Below the pieces are notes generated by a model, which was given only the letters and a program-made list of their open reading frames with translations, searched no databases and was not told where the DNA came from. From Candidatus Rubrimentiphilum sp. (GTDB lineage: Bacteria; Vulcanimicrobiota; Vulcanimicrobiia; Vulcanimicrobiales; Vulcanimicrobiaceae), in contig DASYYA010000141.1 of the NCBI GenBank assembly GCA_035934355.1, forward strand, positions 1 to 42,506: a stretch of 42,506 nt of DNA. The letters run 5' to 3'. Below, piece after piece: positions 1 through 9,800 of this stretch. Positions within the stretch are counted from its first letter, which is position 1; each line of letters opens with the position of its first letter. Made by a program: the position numbers and the translations under genes.

Positions 1-76
1 CTCAGGGGAACGCATGACCCGCGTTCTCGATGCGATCGCCGCGCTGCGCGGCTATCCCAAAACCATTGTGATGTGA
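1..76 (+). pseudogene. Truncated IS3-family transposase (integrase core) fragment
   Basis: Frame from nt 2 reads SGERMTRVLDAIAALRGYPKTIVM*, the segment that precedes the DNG(P/T)EF catalytic Asp in IS3 OrfB (compare SADVIRVFEAIAFERGLPQTVRFDNG in the neighbouring element). It stops where TGACCTG begins at 74. Confidence 0.75.
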
Positions 77-146
77 CCTGAGGGCGTGAATTCGGACAAA
101 CGGAGACCGTGAGTTTTCGGGCGTAAAGCCCAGTCAGGAGACTCAC

Positions 147-439
147 GTGAGAAAGAGCCGCTTCACCGACGCGCAGATCGTCGGCATTCTCAAAGAGCTG
201 GATGCGGGAACGCCGGCAACGGAGCTGGCGCGGCGACACGCAGTGCACGCGAATACGATTCGACTTTGGCGAGACCGGTACGGCGGACTAGAAACCAACG
301 ATTTTGCCGACTCAAGCAACTCGAGCAAGAAAGTCGACGCAAAGACCGCATCATCGCGCGGCTCTCGCTCGAAATCGACGCCATGAAAGAGCTGGTCGAA
401 AAAAACGGCTGTGGCCCTCGCAGCGGCAAGAAGCGGTGA
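147..439 (+). CDS. IS3 OrfA (HTH_Tnp_1 + leucine zipper), with a 1-nt frame break near 303-308
   Basis: MRKSRFTDAQIVGILKELDAG...LARRHAVHANTIRLWRDRYGGLE, continuing in the -1 frame as RLKQLEQESRRKDRIIARLSLEIDAMKELVEKN...KKR* (TGA 437-439). RBS AGGAG upstream. Confidence 0.85.
398..406 (+). other. Programmed -1 ribosomal frameshift site (A AAA AAC) joining orfA and orfB
   Basis: GAAAAAAAC at the orfA/orfB overlap. The -1 frame gives KKRLWPSQRQEAV, the canonical IS3 arrangement. Confidence 0.8.
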
Positions 440-1446
440 GGGCGTCGCAGCAGCGTGGAATTCCGACCGTTCGTGCATGCAAGTTGCTCAGCTTTACGCG
501 CAGCAATTTGTATTATCGACGCCTGCGCAAAGACGACGGACCGGTCACGCAGCGCCTGCACGAGCTGGCACAGGAGCGGCCGCGCTGGGGTTGGCGACGC
601 TTGTTTATTATCGTGCGCCGGCGCGAAGGGCACGCCATCGGCGAAACGCGTTTTCGCCGGATCTACCGGGAGCTGCAGCTCCAAGTGCGGCCTCGCAAGA
701 AGCGAAAGGTCACCTACGTGCGCGGCGCAAGCTTGCCGCCGGCCTTTCGACTGAATGAACGCTGGTCGATCGATTTCATGCACGATCGACTGGCGAACGG
801 CCGAACGTATCGTGCCCTGACGATTACGGATGATTTCACCAAGGAGTGCCTGGCGCTGGAGCTGGCCCACTCCTTTGGCAGCGCCGACGTCATCCGCGTC
901 TTTGAGGCTATCGCTTTTGAGCGCGGATTGCCGCAGACGGTTCGTTTTGACAACGGTCCCGAATTCACCAGTCACGCGATGCTGCGCTGGGCGGCAGAGC
1001 GCCGCGTGCATCTACACTTCATTCAGCCCGGCAAGCCGACGCAGAATGCGAACATCGAGTCGCTCAATGGCAAGATCCGCGACGAGCTCTTCAATCTGCA
1101 TAGCTTTACCAACATCTTCGAGGCCCGCCATGCAGCCGAGAAATGGCGCCTCGATTTCAACGAGGTTCGCCCGCACTCGGCAATCGGTTATCAGACGCCG
1201 CGGGAGTTCGCGGAAAACTTTAAATGGCCCGAAATACAGCGCTACCACGAGCAGGGCCATTCGGTGCGTGAATGTTGCGAGAAGTTCGGCTTCAGCATTG
1301 GGGGCTGGTATAGGGCGAGGGCAAAAGGCCGTGTGAGGACAATTTCTGGCTCGAAATATAACAAGCGCTACGATTGGGCCGAGGTTCAAGCGTACTACGA
1401 TCAGGGGCACTCCTGGGCTGCCTGCGTTCGAAAGTTTCGGTTTTAA
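400..1446 (+). CDS. IS3 OrfB DDE transposase with a C-terminal extension (two DW-x-E-x-Q-x-Y-x-x-x-GHS helical repeats)
   Basis: RPRWGWRR HTH_21, WSIDF, FDNGPEF, QPGKPTQNANIESLNG, RPHSAIGYQTP. Then WPEIQRYHEQGHSVRECCEKFGF and YDWAEVQAYYDQGHSWAACVRKF with no intervening stop. Confidence 0.9.
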   Translation, partial: KKRLWPSQRQEAVRASQQRGIPTVRACKLLSFTRSNLYYRRLRKDDGPVTQRLHELAQERPRWGWRRLFIIVRRREGHAIGETRFRRIYRELQLQVRPRKKRKVTYVRGASLPPAFRLNERWSIDFMHDRLANGRTYRALTITDDFTKECLALELAHSFGSADVIRVFEAIAFERGLPQTVRFDNGPEFTSHAMLRWAAERRVHLHFIQPGKPTQNANIESLNGKIRDELFNLHSFTNIFEARHAAEKWRLDFNEVRPHSAIGYQTPREFAENFKWPEIQRYHEQGHSVRECCEKFGFSIGGWYRARAKGRVRTISGSKYNKRYDWAEVQAYYDQGHSWAACVRKFRF

Positions 1447-1795
1447 CAAAGCGACGCTGCATAAGGCGCAGAGGCGCGGCGCAGTGACGAGCCGACCTGC
1501 AAGAAAGCCTCTCGATTTGCTGCTTTTGGCGTCAAAAAGCCGCTGCAGCATTAAGCGTAGGTTGCTCGACGAAGGCATACTCAAGAATAAGTGCTCGCGC
1601 TGCGGCATCTCCGAATGGCAAGCGAAGCCGATCTCCATCCAGATCGATCACATCAACGGAATTAACGACGACTACCGGCTCGAAAATCTCCGCATGTTGT
1701 GCGCAAATTGCCACAGTCTCACACCGACCCATGGCCGCCGCAACGTCGGCCACAAGAAACGTGTCCCTGAAATTAGTTTCTTACTAGCAGCCTGA
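1436..1795 (+). CDS. Zn-finger HNH endonuclease domain (continuation of the OrfB fusion in the +1 frame)
   Basis: KCSRC...IQIDHINGINDDYRLENLRMLCANCHS. The frame is open from 1436 (FGFNKATLHKAQRRG), completing the second helical repeat. Confidence 0.85.
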   Translation, partial: FGFNKATLHKAQRRGAVTSRPARKPLDLLLLASKSRCSIKRRLLDEGILKNKCSRCGISEWQAKPISIQIDHINGINDDYRLENLRMLCANCHSLTPTHGRRNVGHKKRVPEISFLLAA

Positions 1796-1862
1796 GGGCT
1801 GACGATCACGCGATCCCGGCAAAGGTCAGCTTCATCCAACTCGCGCTACGCCACCCTTGTCG

Positions 1863-2363
1863 TCAGGTCCGCCGCCATACCAAAACGCTTTGGCTCCCCC
1901 AGATGTACGGAGGCAGCGTACGAATCGTGAGCGTGTCGCCTCTCAGCTGAAGTCTGCGCTTGAGCGTTACACCGACAAGGTTGGTAAAGACACTGGTTTC
2001 GATGTGATGCAGCACAGTTGAGCCCGTGATCTCGTATCGGCCAGCGTATGCAAGAAAATCGTGCACCGACTCGTTGCAATTTGCCGGCCCAGACGGCGCG
2101 CTCCCCGACGTCAAAGGCTGGCGGTGGATGCCCGAAAGCGTGGCCGAAACGCGCCCGCTGGCTGTATAGATTAGATAGCCAACGGGATCGGCGCCGAGTC
2201 GCGGTTTGAACGAACCATCGGCAACGCGCTCGTCAAAACTCTCGAGCCTCCATGCGCCGACGACTGCGGGTTGCGCGGCCTCGCCAACGCATTTGGTTGC
2301 CGCGGCCAATCCGATCGCTGCGACGCTTCCCAGCAATACTTTACGTGAAATGGCGGAGTTCAT
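1863..2363 (-). CDS. Lipocalin-like domain protein with a Tat-like signal
   Basis: SRKVLLGSVAAIGLAAA signal; VGAWRLESF, GYLIYTASG, FLAYAGRY, LVWRR (Lipocalin_5 pattern). Confidence 0.8.
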   Translation of the reverse strand: MNSAISRKVLLGSVAAIGLAAATKCVGEAAQPAVVGAWRLESFDERVADGSFKPRLGADPVGYLIYTASGRVSATLSGIHRQPLTSGSAPSGPANCNESVHDFLAYAGRYEITGSTVLHHIETSVFTNLVGVTLKRRLQLRGDTLTIRTLPPYIWGSQSVLVWRRT

Positions 2364-2370
2364 AGCGGGG

Positions 2371-5106
2371 CTAAGCCGGCGTTGCAACTTTCTCAATCTC
2401 CTGAAGCTTAGAAAAAATACGATCTTCGGTGAACGGCAGCGCATTGAAGCGCACGCCGGTCGCCGCTTTGAGTGCATTGCCGATCGCCGGTGCAACCGGA
2501 TTAATGGTATTTTCTGAAATCGACTTGGCACCCATCGGACCGATGGCGTCGTGTGTCTTAGCAAAGAAAACCTCGGTGTTCGGGGCGTCGGCGATCGCCG
2601 GAATCCGATAATTGCGCAGCGTGGGATTGATCACCGCCCCGTTGTCGTTGTACACCATCTTCTCCTGAAGCGCGTAGCCGACGCCCTGACAAACGCCGCC
2701 GATCACCTGTCCGCGGACCTGATTTGGATTGACGATCGTTCCCGCGTCCACGGCTTCCATGCTGAAAAGTAGCTGAATCTCGCCCGTCACGCGGTGTACC
2801 GCAAGGCGCACGCCATAGGCCATGAAGGCAACGGTGCGCGGCGAGCCATATGCTTTGCGAAATGCCGCAAACTCTTCACCCGCCTTTTCGCCGCTTGCGT
2901 ATATTTCGGTAAGCGGAATGCGCCGTTTCCCGCACGCCACGGCGTCACCATCGAGCCGGCAATCTTGCACCTTCGAGCCGCTCGCCTTGGCGGCAAATTC
3001 CAGTATTTTATCGCGCAACGCAACGGCGGCATTTTCGACCGCTTTCGTCGGCACCATCATGCCGACGCTTGCAAAGGTTCCGCTATCATACGGCGTCTTG
3101 TCGGTGTCCGAATTGAGCAGCGACACACGCGCTGCCGGGCAATTCATGGTTTGCGCCACCACCTGTTGCTGCGCGGTCACCAAACCGTTGCCGATCTCGA
3201 CGGAACCGACGGTAAAATGATAGCTCCCGTCGGAAAGCAACGACACTTCCGAGCCCGATCGCTGCTCGGTCGGCGGCACGCAGTCCAGCATTGAAATTGC
3301 GAAGCCGCTGCCTTCCAACCACTCCTCGCCGGCGGGTTTTGGCAGCCCGCGTCCGCTCGCCAAACCTTTCTCCACCGCGTCGATGCATTGATCCAAACCG
3401 TAACTGCCCATCATCAGATCCGACGATTCTTTCCAAATGGATTCCAGGTTATCGCCGGGCCGGACCACATTTTTGCGGCGCATTTCGATCGGATCGATCT
3501 TCAGCAGGTCAGCCAATTCGTCGAGCGCGGATTCAATCGCAAAGGTCGGCTGCGTGGTGCCGTAACCGCGGAAGCCGCCGCCGCATTGCAGATTGGTGTA
3601 GACCGCGTATCCGTCGCCTTTTTTATTGGGGCACTTGTACATTGCCCATGGCCCCGACATTCCGTTGGCGAGTGTCTCGCCACCGTGATTACCATACGCT
3701 CCGGTATTGGAAACAACGCGAAACTGGATCGCGGTCAGCGTTCCGTCTTTTTTGGCACCCAGTTTCACGTGCGTTTTCATCGGATGGCGCGTCGTCGCGC
3801 CGATGAATTGCTCTTCGCGCGTAAACTCCCACTTCACGGGGCGCCCGGTTTTCATGGCCGCAAAAAGCGTGAGATCTTCAGTCATCATGTCTTGTTTGCC
3901 GCCGAAACCGCCGCCGACGCGTTCGGTGAACACGTGCAAGTCCGCCGGCATGATCCCAAACAAATAGCAGAGCCTGCCCTTCACGATAAACGGCCCTTGC
4001 GAACTGGTGCGCACGTGCAAACGTCCGTCCTCGCTGCGCCACGCGAGCGATTGCATCGTTTCCAAATGTACGTGCTGCTGCCGCGGTGCATCGAAGTCGC
4101 CTTCATAAATCGCGTCGGCTTCGTCAAAACCGCCGGCAACGTTGCCGATCTCACCGTGCAGCTCAAGAAAAATATTCCGCTCGGGATGCAAAATGTGCGA
4201 ATCGACGCCTCTCTCGTGCAGCACCGGCGCACCGGGCACCATCGCTTCCTCGGGATCGAAGACGGCAGGAAGAATTTCGTACTCAACGTTGACTTTGCGG
4301 CAGCCTTCTTCCGCCGCGCCTTCGGTTTCGGCCACCACCGCAACAATGCGCTGTCCCACAAAACGCGCCACATTGTCGAGCAGATACGTATCGTCCGGAT
4401 CGACGCGATTATCTTCATGTATCGCTGTGGTAAACGGCCGGCGTGGAACATCTTCCCATGTATACACTGCAACGACGCCCGGCACGGCTAACGCCTTGGT
4501 GCGATCGATCGACAAAATCTTGGCATGCGGATGCGGTGAACGCAGCACCTTGAGATGGAGTAAACCGTCGGGCGGCGGAACATCGGTCGTATACCGCGCA
4601 TGGCCCGTCACGATTGCTTCAGCAAACGGATTAGCCACGCTGACGCCGCTTGATTTTCCGGCAGAGTCCGCTTCGATGTTTTTCGTACCGTCGAGCGCGT
4701 TGCGAATGGCAACGTAACCCGTGCACCGGCAGAGGTTCCCTTTGAGCGCGTGCGGCAGATCTTTTTTCTGTTCGTCGGTCAACGCGGCGCTGGTCATGAT
4801 CATGCCGGCGGTGCAGTAGCCGCATTGAAATGCCTGCGCATCGAGAAATGCGCGCTGCATCGGATGCAACTCGCCGTTGTGCGCCAGCCCCTCAAGCGTC
4901 GTGACGTCGCGTCCTTCTGCGCGAAATGCAGGATAGAGACAGCTGTGCACGGGCTTCTTATCCACCCACACGGTGCACGCGCCGCAATCGCCGCCATCGC
5001 AGCCCTTCTTGACGCTGAACCATCCGAGCTCGCGCAAGAACATGCGTAGACATTCGCCCGGCGCCGGCGTAGCGGAGAAACTCTTGCCGTTGACCGTGAG
5101 TTTCAT
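2371..5106 (-). CDS. Xanthine dehydrogenase-family molybdo-hydroxylase, fused 2x[2Fe-2S] + molybdopterin-binding subunit
   Basis: GCDGGDCGAC, QCGYCTAG, NLCRCTGY, GGGFGGKQ, FRGYG, DAGTIVNP...GQVIGG, GAKSISE. Confidence 0.93.
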   Translation of the reverse strand: MKLTVNGKSFSATPAPGECLRMFLRELGWFSVKKGCDGGDCGACTVWVDKKPVHSCLYPAFRAEGRDVTTLEGLAHNGELHPMQRAFLDAQAFQCGYCTAGMIMTSAALTDEQKKDLPHALKGNLCRCTGYVAIRNALDGTKNIEADSAGKSSGVSVANPFAEAIVTGHARYTTDVPPPDGLLHLKVLRSPHPHAKILSIDRTKALAVPGVVAVYTWEDVPRRPFTTAIHEDNRVDPDDTYLLDNVARFVGQRIVAVVAETEGAAEEGCRKVNVEYEILPAVFDPEEAMVPGAPVLHERGVDSHILHPERNIFLELHGEIGNVAGGFDEADAIYEGDFDAPRQQHVHLETMQSLAWRSEDGRLHVRTSSQGPFIVKGRLCYLFGIMPADLHVFTERVGGGFGGKQDMMTEDLTLFAAMKTGRPVKWEFTREEQFIGATTRHPMKTHVKLGAKKDGTLTAIQFRVVSNTGAYGNHGGETLANGMSGPWAMYKCPNKKGDGYAVYTNLQCGGGFRGYGTTQPTFAIESALDELADLLKIDPIEMRRKNVVRPGDNLESIWKESSDLMMGSYGLDQCIDAVEKGLASGRGLPKPAGEEWLEGSGFAISMLDCVPPTEQRSGSEVSLLSDGSYHFTVGSVEIGNGLVTAQQQVVAQTMNCPAARVSLLNSDTDKTPYDSGTFASVGMMVPTKAVENAAVALRDKILEFAAKASGSKVQDCRLDGDAVACGKRRIPLTEIYASGEKAGEEFAAFRKAYGSPRTVAFMAYGVRLAVHRVTGEIQLLFSMEAVDAGTIVNPNQVRGQVIGGVCQGVGYALQEKMVYNDNGAVINPTLRNYRIPAIADAPNTEVFFAKTHDAIGPMGAKSISENTINPVAPAIGNALKAATGVRFNALPFTEDRIFSKLQEIEKVATPA

Positions 5107-5918
5107 GCGCCCAGCTCCTCGCGAATCTCTTCCGCAAAGCGATAGGTCAGGTGTTTGCGATGCGCCGGCGACCCGTGCACATCATCCAGGTAGAGCGCAT
5201 CGGGAATCGCCGCGTCGATCGCTTCGCGCACGTCGTTTGCCGGCGGACTGCCGGTAAATCGCAGCTGCACGGGGCGCACGGTCGCGGCGCTGACGGTAAC
5301 GATGAGATCGCCGCCGGCCGCGCGCGTCCCAATTAACAGCACCGAAGATCGTCCTAAATGCGTTAGCGACGAACGGCGAAACGCAAACTTCTTCGTCAGA
5401 GCGTCTGCCGGCAAGAGAATGCTGCGCAATAATTCTCCGGGCGCCAACACGTTTGCGTGATTGCCGGTGACAAAATCAACCGCACGCACCTGTCGCGGTG
5501 CGCCTTCACGCGGCCAGAGCGTGTAGATTCCTTCCAACGCTGTGGTTAAGGAGATCATCGGACCGGCAGGCAGTGACATGCAAATGTTGCCGCCCACGGT
5601 CGCTTCGTTCCAAATCTTAAACGACGAAAGAAACGAGCGGCAGCATTCTCCGATTAATGGCCCCGCTGCCCACTTTTTCGGCGGATCGAACGCGTACAAT
5701 TCGGCAATGCGGCACGTCGCCGCGATCTCGAGTCCGTCATCTCCGCTCCGCAACGCAGGCCAACCGAGGGTATGCAGATCGATCAGCGTGTCGGTGTGGA
5801 TCTGCGGCTCAGAGAAAAGCCACGTGCCCCCCGCCAGCCACGCATATCCCTCGCGCCACTGCCCGATCTCATCGGCCGACTTGGGTCGCTTGAGGTCAGT
5901 GATTGTGTTGAGATTCAT
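5103..5918 (-). CDS. Molybdo-hydroxylase FAD-binding subunit
   Basis: LAGGTWL, ATVGGNIC, DVHGSPAHRKHL; 4-nt overlap with the Mo subunit gene. Confidence 0.9.
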   Translation of the reverse strand: MNLNTITDLKRPKSADEIGQWREGYAWLAGGTWLFSEPQIHTDTLIDLHTLGWPALRSGDDGLEIAATCRIAELYAFDPPKKWAAGPLIGECCRSFLSSFKIWNEATVGGNICMSLPAGPMISLTTALEGIYTLWPREGAPRQVRAVDFVTGNHANVLAPGELLRSILLPADALTKKFAFRRSSLTHLGRSSVLLIGTRAAGGDLIVTVSAATVRPVQLRFTGSPPANDVREAIDAAIPDALYLDDVHGSPAHRKHLTYRFAEEIREELGA

Positions 5919-5933
5919 GTAAGTTGCTTCCTT

Positions 5934-6884
5934 TTAAAGAAGGCGCCAGAAAACAGCGAGTTCGATGGCAAAGCCGAGCGCGGCCACCGCTGGACCGCCA
6001 ATGTGCACCCAGCGCGGACGGCCTTCGGGGAAAAGCCACCAGCGAAATCCTTTGATCGCGATCGGCATCAACGGCCACGTGACGAGGGCCACGCTGATCG
6101 CGTTGCCGATAAGCGTCGCCAGCGCGGAGTTCAGAACGCGAAGATGCGGATTGAGGAACTTCACCTCGAGCATCACGATGGGAAAGAGCACGAGCACGAC
6201 CAGCACCGCCGTCTTCCAATTCGGCGGCGATTTTCCGGTCGCGGGATCGTGCGGCACCCATCCGGGGAACGCCGTATCGACGCGCTGCAGCACCACGTGG
6301 TTGACCAAGTCGTCCGATTCGCGCAACAGTTCCGCGCGCTGTGAAGAGTTCAACCATGCATTCAGCTTTTCGATCGTGTCAAAACGCAGCAGCGTCGTCC
6401 AAACGTTTCCACCGGGCTCGGGCGGCTGCACATACGATCCACGAAAACCGGGGAACGTGCCTTCCATTTTATCGATGCGATTGGCCCAATCGCGGTACGC
6501 AGCTTCTTTGCCCGGCTTGAGCTCGGTAACGATCACCTCGGTTGCGCTGTTTTGAACGTAGAATTCGGTCGCGGCGCCGCCAACGAGTTCGGTGATGCGA
6601 CCGCCTTCAACCAACGGCGCGGCTTCGGAAATCAAATTGCGATACGTTTCCGACGTCCGCCATTGCCGCAGGGCATCGATCGTCGCGAAGCGCATGACGC
6701 CGACCCACTCTTCCTGATCGGGCGGCGTCGGGGGCCAAAACTCGCAACTCGAACACCCCGGAAAAGCCAGCCCGGCTTTCTGCAAACGCGCGGGCCATGC
6801 CGCAAATTGATCGTCTGCGCCTGCGCGGGGGCACGCGCAGATCAGTAGCCGCGAGATTGAGCTTTCGACCGCACCTGCTGACAT
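5934..6884 (-). CDS. Antibiotic-biosynthesis-monooxygenase (ABM)-like double-domain membrane protein
   Basis: Two repeats of (A/T)FPG...W..(V/L)(M/L)RF.TI..L..W..S; PPNWKTAVLVVLVLFP followed by C-terminal TM helices. Confidence 0.75.
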   Translation of the reverse strand: MSAGAVESSISRLLICACPRAGADDQFAAWPARLQKAGLAFPGCSSCEFWPPTPPDQEEWVGVMRFATIDALRQWRTSETYRNLISEAAPLVEGGRITELVGGAATEFYVQNSATEVIVTELKPGKEAAYRDWANRIDKMEGTFPGFRGSYVQPPEPGGNVWTTLLRFDTIEKLNAWLNSSQRAELLRESDDLVNHVVLQRVDTAFPGWVPHDPATGKSPPNWKTAVLVVLVLFPIVMLEVKFLNPHLRVLNSALATLIGNAISVALVTWPLMPIAIKGFRWWLFPEGRPRWVHIGGPAVAALGFAIELAVFWRLL

Positions 6885-6888
6885 GCGG

Positions 6889-9800
6889 TCAGTAACCGCC
6901 AAGTGCGGCGAGCTGCTGCCCGGGCCACGATCCCACGGTGTTCACGCGAACCGCGCGCAGCGTGATCGCGTTGGGGCTCGGCCGGGACAAACGATACTTC
7001 ATGACTCGTCCTTGGCCGTCGGCAGTCACCCCGCTTACGAGCAGATCGGCACCCGTTGTCGTGCTTGTAGTCGCCAATTGCAGTCCCGATGAACTCGCAA
7101 GCGGGTTAAACGTCGCCACGAGATTGAAATCGACCATGCGATCGTGCGCCGCGGGACTCTCCAAATACATCGGCGGTGCGCCTTGCAACGCCGATCCGCT
7201 GGAATAAACCTTCACCGTTGTTCCGCCGCTGCGCTGCGCCGCGATAATGCTTTGCGCGCCGCCGATTGCGCCATCAAGCCATCCTGTACTGAGTGAGACA
7301 CCGCCGCGATACGAGGCTCCGAACGGCATAAACGTCGCAGTCGTCATCGGAACTTCTTGCGGTGGCTTGCCGCTCGCATCGATCGGTGTCAATAACGAAA
7401 ACGCAAACACCTTTACTTGCCCCGGGCCACCTGCCCCCGGAGCCGTAACGATACTGTTGCGGCCCGACATAAAGTCCACAAATCCGACCGCCAAGCTTAC
7501 GCCCGAGCGATCGTTGGCATATGGCGCAAACGATGCGAACAGCTGCGGCGTGGTGCCGGCCTTTGCCAAGCGATAGACATTGATGCGATCGCGCGCGCCG
7601 CCACCCGATCCGACAATGATGTTGTCGGAGGTCGTGCCGTCGATCTGTGCGGATGCGACGCTAACGCCACTGCGCTCGTTGGCATCAAATGCCGAAAACC
7701 GCGCGAGGATAGTTTCAAATGACGGCTTGCCCGCCGTCGCTGCGCCGGAGTACACAACGACTTGCGGACGCTGTCCTTTGCCGGAGCCCACGATCAAATC
7801 CAGCACACCGTCGCCGTCCACGTCACCCATCGCGACGGTGGGAACGCCTTCGAAACCGGGGAACGGCGTGAGGGTTCGGATGAGCCGGTCGCCATTTCCG
7901 TCATACACATTCACCTGTGCCGGGTGGCCGCGCGTGCCCGCAATTCCAACCGCATAAGCGGACACGGCCGGAATGACGTTCACTAGCGCCATCAAACCGT
8001 TGTCTTCGTGATTGAGGCGATGGCAGTGCATCACGTAGAGCCCAATATAATCCTCGAAATGCGTTCGCATCGAGAGCGTGCCCGCCGCAATAAGGCTTTC
8101 TTCTGCGCCTAACTTTGGCGCGGGAACGTTCGCGTTATCTTCACCCCACATTTCGGGCCCGGTCCGTAACCCAATTGCGGGATCGAAGGTGTTTGTCACT
8201 TGGAAATCGTTCACGTGAACGTGCATCGGATGCTCGTCGTTGTTGTGATTGATGAACGTCCATTCTTCGACCGAACCCAAGCGCGGCTGAATTAGGGCAA
8301 CATTTGGAAAAGCATTCCCGGCAAATGCGTAGACGAACGCCTTCGGATCTGATGCGCTCGCGTGATTGTTTAAAAAACCGCCGTTGATCAGCAGGGTTCG
8401 TTTCACGTTGGGCGTCATTTGCGAAAGATCTTTAAACGAAGTGTACGCATTCAGTCGCTGCCCAGCGACGAACGGCGTGGTCTGTCCTTGACCCGTCGCC
8501 GGAACGGCTCGCAGCAAAGTTTGCGTTGGAAAGACGAAGAAACCATCCACGTAGCTGATCGCCGGAGGATTGACGGTCAGCGTACCCAGCTCGGCCGGCG
8601 GATTCGGCGTACCGTTATTGGTGTACAGGATTCCGAGCGCCGTCATCGGTTTTTTGCGACCGAGCGGTGGGATATCTAATTGTAAACCGCCGTTTTTCGG
8701 CATCGTGACCGCAATCGCAAACCGCGACGCCGGCGGGATCGTCAGACGCGTACCGTTATACCGCACCGGGTAATGCACCGCCGGTGACGGATTCCCGTCG
8801 TAACCCACGATCGCAATCGGCGGATGTCTGCCTGTTGCCGTTTCAGTCAACTCGACGTTCATGTACGCCATGTCGCTGACGTTTGCCAACACCCAGATCT
8901 CGGTTTGTCCCGGCTTGACTTGCAGCACCGGCTCAAACGATCCATTGACGGTAAACTGTACGTCGCGCTTATAGTCGGGCAGGCTGGGATCGGCGGCCAC
9001 TACAGTTCCGCTACTCGATTTGAACGTTTGCAGATTACTCGGAACAAATTGAAATAGTCCGCGGTAATTGTGGATCGAGAGCGCCCCGCCCCACCACACC
9101 GTAAAATAGCGCGTACCCTTTTGCGACTGTAAGAAATTCGTGGGCGCCAAGATCGGGCGATAGGTTCCATTGGCCAATTGTCCGCCGGACGGCGGCACGA
9201 GCGTGCTGACGTACTGCGGCCAATTCACGTTGTTGATTTGCGCCAGGCCGTCCATGCGGTCGAAGACCGCATTATACTGCAGTACCATATTGCGAATCGG
9301 AATATTGCGTGCCGTAACGACCGGAAGATTGCCGTCGGTGCGTCCGATTGCGAGTAAACCGGCCAGACCGTAATAGGTCTGCGACGCCGTGATAGTGTGC
9401 AGATGGCTATGGTACCAATACGCGCCTTGCGGCATTGATTTGGGGATGTGATACGTGTACGTGTTCGCCATTCCCGGCGGTATATGGATGAGAACGTTAT
9501 CCGAATTGCCCTTGGGACTCACATGCAGACCATGCACGTGCAGATTCATCGGCGACTCGGTGAGTTGTTGCGGATAAATTGATACAGGCTGTCCTTTAGC
9601 GGTGTAGGCCGGATTGTAGAAGTCGCGGATGCTCAAGCCGGTTAGGGCATTGTTCAAATGAACGATAAGCGTTTCGCCTGGAAATACTTGCAGCGTCGGC
9701 GCCGGGTAGAGATTATCTGCCGACATTTGCCCATTGGACGCCGTGCCTTGGTTAACCGCATAGGCGAAAAGCAACATATTCTGTACCGGCTTTGCGACGG

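Larger units (their letters stand above)
74..1828 (+). mobile_element. IS3-family insertion sequence apparently carrying a fused HNH endonuclease (right end tentative)
   Basis: Starts TGACCTG at 74. Has orfA/orfB with an A7C slippery site. A candidate right end AGGTCA at 1823-1828 shares only the terminal TGACCT and a shifted GCGTGA. No target-site duplication seen. Confidence 0.6.

Noticed and set aside
1436-1860. HNH as IscB/Cas9-like, or as a tRNA-linked homing gene
   Set aside because: No PLMP or RuvC motifs and no tRNA cloverleaf visible nearby.
1846-1870. TCAGGTC at about 1863-1869 as the IS right end
   Set aside because: It overlaps the lipocalin stop codon, lacks the terminal CA, and matches only 7 nt.
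3388-4491. Long antisense ORFs (for example 3388-4491, 36021-37115, 190-1011)
   Set aside because: Shadow ORFs opposite well-supported genes in GC-rich DNA, with no motifs.
2371-5918. Aerobic CO dehydrogenase (coxLMS)
   Set aside because: Lacks the AYxCSFR / AYRGAGR active-site loop; has GFRGYG.
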